Virus record (IMG/VR): IMGVR_UViG_3300045988_053091
Source: a virus
DNA: 64,000 nt
Direction: 5' to 3' (one strand)
The translations under genes and the position numbers were made by a program. Below the pieces are notes generated by a model that was not told the DNA's origin, ran no database searches, and saw only the letters and a list, made by a program, of their open reading frames with translations. The stretch's first letter is position 1, and every line of letters begins with the position of its first letter. This document shows, piece by piece, positions 59,623 to 64,000 of the stretch.

Positions 59623-59910
59623 TTACAAGTTTATTGTATCAAGTTTATTTCTTTTTGTTTGTTTGTGGTTACATTTAAGAACGTACTCCGCAATCAATTC
59701 AAGCTCCCCGTCAGTATTTGTAGGAATGTATACACGTTTATAGAATTGTGCTGTATGAAATAGGTAACCGCTACGCCCGTGCAAGCGTAACCGAAAAGCA
59801 ATAAACTCCTTTAGGCTTTCTTTTTCCTTTTCTGTGAGTGGTTCTTTTGTTATTGACTCGCAAGCCTTTAAAATGCCACCAATCAAAAGCGCCTCTTTCG
59901 TTTGTTTCAT
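59623..59910 (-). CDS. hypothetical early protein
   Basis: Start moved to ATG 59910 (the track start is a GTG inside the conserved leader). Confidence 0.55.
   Translation of the reverse strand: MKQTKEALLIGGILKACESITKEPLTEKEKESLKEFIAFRLRLHGRSGYLFHTAQFYKRVYIPTNTDGELELIAEYVLKCNHKQTKRNKLDTINL
59633..59661 (-). promoter_or_regulatory. early-cassette promoter with degenerate -35
   Basis: Minus strand: CAAACA, 17-nt spacer, TGATACAAT; overlaps the 3' end of the upstream ORF. Confidence 0.4.
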
Positions 59911-59948
59911 TCTTATCACTCTCTTTCTTTTATTTATCTTACAAGTTA

Positions 59949-59977
59949 AGTGTATCAAGTTTATTTCTTTTTGTCAA
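59949..59977 (-). promoter_or_regulatory. early-cassette promoter
   Basis: Minus strand: TTGACA, 17-nt spacer, TACACT. Confidence 0.6.
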
Positions 59978-60009
59978 TAGATAAACATAAAAATTTTTAA
60001 TTTTAGAAA

Positions 60010-60024
60010 GAGGGGTTTCCCCTC
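60010..60024 (-). terminator. 3' hairpin after early gene
   Basis: GAGGGG-TTT-CCCCTC. Confidence 0.4.
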
Positions 60025-60033
60025 CCCCCTTTG

Positions 60034-60447
60034 TTATGCCTGTACCCGATTAAATTCATTTATAACGGCGGTTTCCCCGTGTTCGTCTAGATAGATTTCT
60101 TGTCTTTCCCCGTCCTTGTAAGTGAATAACCAAAAACCCCCGTTTACCGGTTTAAAACCAAAACCAAAATTTTTAAAACCTAACTCAGATAAGAAAGTTG
60201 CCACGCTATCACTATCGGAACGGCTTTCCCCGTATATCTCTATTAGTTGCATGTTTTCAAGGTCAACTTTTGCGGTTAGTGTTTCATAGTGGTATAAGCT
60301 TATTGTTTTACCGTTGTTTTCTACTCTATAAACTTCTTGTAAGTCTCCCACGCCCCACGTGTCCCGTTCTCTTACTCGTTTGATTGCTACGCCTTTTTTT
60401 TCTGCTCGTTTCATTAGTGTAATAACTGTTTTAAGTGTTTTACTCAT
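60034..60447 (-). CDS. hypothetical early protein
   Basis: Start moved to ATG 60447. Confidence 0.6.
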   Translation of the reverse strand: MSKTLKTVITLMKRAEKKGVAIKRVRERDTWGVGDLQEVYRVENNGKTISLYHYETLTAKVDLENMQLIEIYGESRSDSDSVATFLSELGFKNFGFGFKPVNGGFWLFTYKDGERQEIYLDEHGETAVINEFNRVQA

Positions 60448-60485
60448 TCTTATCACTCTCTCTCTTTTATTTATCTTACAAGTTT

Positions 60486-60514
60486 ATTATATAGTGTTTA
60501 TTTCTTTTTGTCAA
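60486..60514 (-). promoter_or_regulatory. early-cassette promoter
   Basis: Minus strand: TTGACA, 17-nt spacer, TATAAT. Confidence 0.7.
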
Positions 60515-60535
60515 TAACTTTTTTTTAATTTTTTT

Positions 60536-60814
60536 TTATTCGTGTTTATTGACGTTTTTCCCTAGTTCGTTCCCTAGTTGATTCTTTACACTTCTAACAT
60601 ATAATTCCAATGAACATGCAAGATTAGAAAGCTCGTTCATTTCTTTCGCTAATTCTTCCAATTGTTTGGCTACGTGTTCCGGTGTAGCTCCTTTTCTTGT
60701 CTGGTTTTTTAAGTTGTTAATTTCTTGTTTGTGTAGCACTGATAAACGTTTAATATCGTTCATTGGGTAAAAACTTCTCTCTAATTGCTGATATAAATAT
60801 TCTATATTTAACAT
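60536..60814 (-). CDS. hypothetical early protein
   Basis: ORF track 92 aa. Confidence 0.6.
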   Translation of the reverse strand: MLNIEYLYQQLERSFYPMNDIKRLSVLHKQEINNLKNQTRKGATPEHVAKQLEELAKEMNELSNLACSLELYVRSVKNQLGNELGKNVNKHE

Positions 60815-60853
60815 TTTTTAGTTCCCTCTTTCTTTTATTTATCTTACAAGTTT

Positions 60854-60882
60854 ATTGTATCAAGTTTATTTCTTTTTGTCAA
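60854..60882 (-). promoter_or_regulatory. early-cassette promoter
   Basis: Minus strand: TTGACA, 17-nt spacer, TGATACAAT. Confidence 0.7.
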
Positions 60883-60919
60883 TAGATAAACATAAAAATT
60901 TTTTATTTTTTTTATGTAA

Positions 60920-60938
60920 GGCGGGAACGTGTCCCGCC
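60920..60938 (-). terminator. GC palindrome GGCGGGAACGTGTCCCGCC (copy 1 of 3)
   Basis: 7-bp stem directly after the stop of 60946..61329; conserved ~60-nt flank. Confidence 0.5.
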
Positions 60939-60945
60939 GTGTTTG

Positions 60946-61329
60946 TTATGCTTCTTCTAGTTCGTTGAGTTCTTGTATTGCTAGTTCCTCCACCGCAAAC
61001 CATGCCAACAAATTTTGGTTGTTTGGGTCTGCTAACGGGTCTAAGTCGTCCGCCTCTTCTTCGAGTAAGTCTTCCCAATCGTTCCACTTATCACCAAAAA
61101 GCCCTTTTTCGTCTAGTCCTGTATCTTCTTTCAGTTCGTGTAACATTGCGAGAATCTCGTCACGGTGTTCGTTAAAAAATTGAGTTGTTTCGTGATAGGA
61201 AATCAAACCGCTAACCATTCCGCTAATTGCTCCATGTTGTGTTAAGTCTTGTAAGTATGTTTTTCGTTCTTCTGGGTTGTTTAGATTGCTTTCAATAATT
61301 TCGTTGTATGCTTCTTTTAATGTTTTCAT
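60946..61329 (-). CDS. hypothetical acidic early protein
   Basis: ORF track 127 aa. Confidence 0.65.
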   Translation of the reverse strand: MKTLKEAYNEIIESNLNNPEERKTYLQDLTQHGAISGMVSGLISYHETTQFFNEHRDEILAMLHELKEDTGLDEKGLFGDKWNDWEDLLEEEADDLDPLADPNNQNLLAWFAVEELAIQELNELEEA

Positions 61330-61367
61330 TTTTAAGTCCCTCTTTCTTTTATTTATCTTACAAGTTT

Positions 61368-61396
61368 ATTGTATCAGGTCTATTTCTTTTTGTCAA
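61368..61396 (-). promoter_or_regulatory. early-cassette promoter
   Basis: Minus strand: TTGACA, 17-nt spacer, TGATACAAT. Confidence 0.7.
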
Positions 61397-61469
61397 TAGT
61401 TTTGACTAAAAATTTTTATACTCTTTTTTGAGTTCGTCCGAATAAGTGTTTCCCTTGTTTACATGTATA

Positions 61470-61498
61470 ATGTTATCATGTATGTTTTTCTTTGTCAA
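61470..61498 (-). promoter_or_regulatory. second-type early promoter
   Basis: Minus strand: TTGACA-AAGAAAAACATACATGA-TAACAT. Confidence 0.5.
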
Positions 61499-61503
61499 CT
61501 GTT

Positions 61504-61677
61504 TTATTCTCGTTTTTTAATTCCTTTTAGTCGTTTTCTTTCTTCCATGAAATAAAACATTTCTTCTTGTGTATAGTTACCGTTATAAATAAATTCAATT
61601 GGCTTCTCGATTGTCTCACGGGCTAACTTTTCCATTCTAGCCCGTTTCAGTGCCTCTAGTTTCTTGTTCGGTCTCAT
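61504..61677 (-). CDS. small basic protein (57 aa)
   Basis: Not in the track; MRPNKKLEALKRARMEKLARE...; GGGGGACGGTG RBS region upstream. Confidence 0.45.
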   Translation of the reverse strand: MRPNKKLEALKRARMEKLARETIEKPIEFIYNGNYTQEEMFYFMEERKRLKGIKKRE

Positions 61678-61696
61678 ATTGTCACACCGTCCCCCC

Positions 61697-62077
61697 TTAG
61701 TCTCTTTCTACATATACAAGCCCGCCAATAGTGAATACATTATATAGTGCGGTGTATACTCGTATATAATCCCATTTAGTCATGTTTTCGCTGTTTTCCT
61801 CTGTTTCTTCTAAAATAGTGTATAATTCTCCAAAATGTAAGTCGTTAAAAATAGCTTCTAAAATATTTTCGTCTGTTAACTCGAAAAACGTGCTTTCTTG
61901 TGTAGCGCCGTTATAAGTTGATAATGTAATATTTTGAATAAAACCATCTGCTAGTTTTTCATTAAAATCGGTTTGCGCTTCTTCTAGCGTTTCATAGTCC
62001 TGTTTGTAGTCATTCATGTCCTTATAACGTGTAACGCTTCCTAGTGCTAATTGCGTATTAAATTCTTTATTTGTCAT
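61697..62077 (-). CDS. hypothetical early protein
   Basis: ORF track 126 aa. Confidence 0.6.
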   Translation of the reverse strand: MTNKEFNTQLALGSVTRYKDMNDYKQDYETLEEAQTDFNEKLADGFIQNITLSTYNGATQESTFFELTDENILEAIFNDLHFGELYTILEETEENSENMTKWDYIRVYTALYNVFTIGGLVYVERD

Positions 62078-62090
62078 TTTCTAGTCCCCC

Positions 62091-62345
62091 TTAAAATGTT
62101 TCTGTAATTAGTTCCGCTATTACGTCGTTAACAGTTAACAAAGTCCGGTCGCTTTCAGGGTATTTATAGCCCGCAAGCTTTACCGCTTTTTTACTTTTTT
62201 CATAAAAATACTTACTTGTTACGCCGTTGTATCTTAATTCTGAAATTGGTCGACTTGCTAACCATGAATTTTTTACCTCTGCTTTAAAACCTGTAAAATC
62301 TACATTTTCTCTTAAATAGTTTTTTACCTTTGCTTTTTTACTCAT
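62091..62345 (-). CDS. hypothetical early protein
   Basis: Start moved to ATG 62345. Confidence 0.6.
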   Translation of the reverse strand: MSKKAKVKNYLRENVDFTGFKAEVKNSWLASRPISELRYNGVTSKYFYEKSKKAVKLAGYKYPESDRTLLTVNDVIAELITETF

Positions 62346-62383
62346 TCTTATCACTCTCTCTCTTTTATTTATCTTACATGCTT

Positions 62384-62412
62384 ATTGTATCAAGTTTATC
62401 TCTTTTTGTCAA
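62384..62412 (-). promoter_or_regulatory. early-cassette promoter
   Basis: Minus strand: TTGACA, 17-nt spacer, TGATACAAT. Confidence 0.7.
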
Positions 62413-62431
62413 TAACTTTTTTAAAATTTTT

Positions 62432-62671
62432 TTATTCTTCTTCTTCTAACGTTTTCCAACTGTTTTCCTTTATTAAATCTATTTCTAAGCTTTGCAAGTC
62501 CGAAAATAAAAGGTTCAAATCATACTTTTCTAATTCCTGTTCATTGTCTGCCACGTCACCAATATCAATAAGATAGTCTTTGCCTGTTTCTTTTTCGATT
62601 AGGTGATAATTCATGTCCCACGAATTTAATGGATATTTTAATAAATATTTTTCATTTTCTGCAATAATCAT
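62432..62671 (-). CDS. hypothetical acidic early protein
   Basis: ORF track 79 aa. Confidence 0.6.
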   Translation of the reverse strand: MIIAENEKYLLKYPLNSWDMNYHLIEKETGKDYLIDIGDVADNEQELEKYDLNLLFSDLQSLEIDLIKENSWKTLEEEE

Positions 62672-62709
62672 TTTTAGTTCCCTCTTTCTTTTATTTATCT
62701 TACAAGTTT

Positions 62710-62738
62710 ATTGTATCAAGTTTATTTCTTTTTGTCAA
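62710..62738 (-). promoter_or_regulatory. early-cassette promoter
   Basis: Minus strand: TTGACA, 17-nt spacer, TGATACAAT. Confidence 0.7.
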
Positions 62739-62775
62739 TAGATAAACATAAAAATTTTTTATTTTTTTTATGTAA

Positions 62776-62794
62776 GGCGGGAACACGTCCCGCC
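62776..62794 (-). terminator. GC palindrome GGCGGGAACACGTCCCGCC (copy 2 of 3)
   Basis: 7-bp stem after the stop of 62805..63095. Confidence 0.5.
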
Positions 62795-62804
62795 GTTTTA
62801 TATG

Positions 62805-63095
62805 TTAATAATGAATAGCATTGTCTTTATATTGTTTTACTTCTCTTTGTAGTACGTTTTTCGCTTTGCATGTATTTGCTACAATTCCTCTAGTGCTTGC
62901 GGTCATGCTATAAAGCTCGTAAACTGTTCCATCGTTCATCGTTATATATTGATATACGTAGCAACCGCCATAAACTCGTGGTCTTGATTGGATATAGTAA
63001 GATTGTTTTTGATTGATTTGTGTAGTATCTAAGTAACCAGCACCTCTCCATTCTGTAGCCTCTAATAAATGTTTTTTGTCAAATTGTTTTTCCAT
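62805..63095 (-). CDS. hypothetical early protein
   Basis: Start moved to ATG 63095. Confidence 0.6.
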   Translation of the reverse strand: MEKQFDKKHLLEATEWRGAGYLDTTQINQKQSYYIQSRPRVYGGCYVYQYITMNDGTVYELYSMTASTRGIVANTCKAKNVLQREVKQYKDNAIHY

Positions 63096-63133
63096 TTTTA
63101 TCATTCCTTTTCTTTTATTTATCTTACAAATAC

Positions 63134-63162
63134 ATTGTACAACAGTTATTGTTTAATGTCAA
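63134..63162 (-). promoter_or_regulatory. early-cassette promoter
   Basis: Minus strand: TTGACA, 17-nt spacer, TACAAT. Confidence 0.65.
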
Positions 63163-63181
63163 TAAATTTGATTAATTTTTT

Positions 63182-63370
63182 TTATTTATTTTTTACTGTA
63201 TAATCTAAGTCGTCAAAAATCATAAATGATACTAGAAACATAGTTAACCCGATAATCAGTGATACAATGAATGAAAATACCGCCGTAACAACCGAACCTA
63301 GTAAAAACATAATAGCAAAGGCAGCCAACTTTTTATAAAAATCTCTTTTCTTGTATAATTTCTTTTGCAT
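63182..63370 (-). CDS. small two-TM membrane protein, early
   Basis: ORF track 62 aa. Confidence 0.55.
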   Translation of the reverse strand: MQKKLYKKRDFYKKLAAFAIMFLLGSVVTAVFSFIVSLIIGLTMFLVSFMIFDDLDYTVKNK

Positions 63371-63405
63371 GTTTCTTTTTCCTCCTTGTTATATCTTACA
63401 TGTTT

Positions 63406-63434
63406 ATTGTATCAGCTTTATTTCTTTTTGTCAA
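63406..63434 (-). promoter_or_regulatory. early-cassette promoter
   Basis: Minus strand: TTGACA, 17-nt spacer, TGATACAAT. Confidence 0.7.
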
Positions 63435-63439
63435 TAGTT

Positions 63440-63559
63440 TTATATAAGTTTTTTATTTAAATTTTTAAGCTCGTTTATTGCCTTGCTTCTTGTCTGTAAA
63501 ATCTCTTTTACTTCTTTCTTTTCCCTCCTTGCGATTAAAAAGGCTCTTACTCTTTTCAT
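63440..63559 (-). CDS. possible small basic protein (39 aa)
   Basis: Not in the track; ATG 63559 behind the GAGAGGGGAAAAC leader of cassette promoter 63586-63614. Confidence 0.35.
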   Translation of the reverse strand: MKRVRAFLIARREKKEVKEILQTRSKAINELKNLNKKLI

Positions 63560-63585
63560 GTTTTCCCCTCTCTTTCTATGTCTTT

Positions 63586-63614
63586 ATAATATCAATTTTA
63601 TTTCTTTTTGTCAA
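63586..63614 (-). promoter_or_regulatory. early-cassette promoter
   Basis: Minus strand: TTGACA, 17-nt spacer, TATTAT. Confidence 0.6.
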
Positions 63615-63651
63615 TAGATAAACATAAAAATTTTTAATTTTTTTTATGTAA

Positions 63652-63670
63652 GGCGGGAACGTGTCCCGCC
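63652..63670 (-). terminator. GC palindrome GGCGGGAACGTGTCCCGCC (copy 3 of 3)
   Basis: 7-bp stem after the stop of 63681..63956. Confidence 0.5.
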
Positions 63671-63680
63671 GTTTTATATG

Positions 63681-63956
63681 TTAGTTTTCTACAATTAGTA
63701 AAGCATTTTCCAAAGCTTTCGAGGCGTTTTCTTTTTGCTCGTTTGTTCCTAAAAATAAGTTATCAAGTGTTTTACGTGTATAATGTAAGTCCATGGTTAC
63801 AGTGTCGGGATTGATTGTTTTCATTGCTAACTTAATACCGTTATACATGCCAACAAGTTCGCTGTGAGTTTCGTTTTCAGATTTTAAACCTCTGTTTACC
63901 ATTTTAATATTTTTTTCAATCTCTTTTAAAAAGTTTATAATAATTTGTTTTTCCAT
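63681..63956 (-). CDS. hypothetical early protein
   Basis: ORF track 91 aa; its cassette leader and -10 run to the window end. Confidence 0.6.
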   Translation of the reverse strand: MEKQIIINFLKEIEKNIKMVNRGLKSENETHSELVGMYNGIKLAMKTINPDTVTMDLHYTRKTLDNLFLGTNEQKENASKALENALLIVEN

Positions 63957-64000
63957 TTTTAAGTCCCTCTTTCTTTTATTTATCTTACAAGTTTATTGTA

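Noticed and set aside
57300-64000. Regularly spaced near-identical repeats that look superficially like a CRISPR array
   Set aside because: The repeat unit is about 75 nt and is a complete promoter plus leader. The so-called spacers are 180-900 bp and contain ORFs with an RBS. The repeats are not palindromic CRISPR-type and no cas genes are present.

Overview
This window looks like part of a large, AT-rich virulent myophage of the SPO1-like (Herelleviridae-type) kind that infects a Firmicute. The host is probably Enterococcus or a related lactic-acid bacterium. That host call is an inference from lysin domain types, an Apf-like LysM protein and a tmRNA tag beginning AKNE. Layout: (1) 1-10.8 kb, minus strand: portal (partial), two different endolysins, a secreted LysM/Apf-like protein, and a large terminase gene split by an intron carrying a Vsr-like endonuclease. 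(2) 10.9-12.0 kb, plus strand: small membrane and XhlA-like proteins. (3) 12.4-23.0 kb: an RNA island with about 20 canonical tRNAs, several degenerate, truncated or circularly permuted tRNA-like elements, a tmRNA, a roughly 1-kb ORF-free structured RNA locus, and three homing endonuclease genes sitting in or beside RNA genes. (4) 23.3-27.2 kb: a promoter-to-terminator unit of two Y-RNA-like RNAs just upstream of a helical-plus-vWA protein with Ro60-like architecture, then an HTH protein and a ParB-like protein. (5) 27.3-40 kb: nucleotide and NAD metabolism, with nrdD split by a group I intron carrying a LAGLIDADG gene, dNK, two PnuC, NrdH, HAD, NadR, a Nudix-like protein, a ThyA-like protein, NrdG and an SPFH protein. 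(6) 40-57 kb: many small plus-strand genes, including a DEDDh exonuclease, three tandem metallophosphoesterases, a NADAR protein and an RtcB remnant. (7) 57.2-64 kb, minus strand: an array of monocistronic early-gene cassettes that share one promoter-leader module. Six homing endonuclease genes from five families are present. No CRISPR array, rRNA or integrase was seen. All calls come from reading the sequence and the ORF track; no searches were run.
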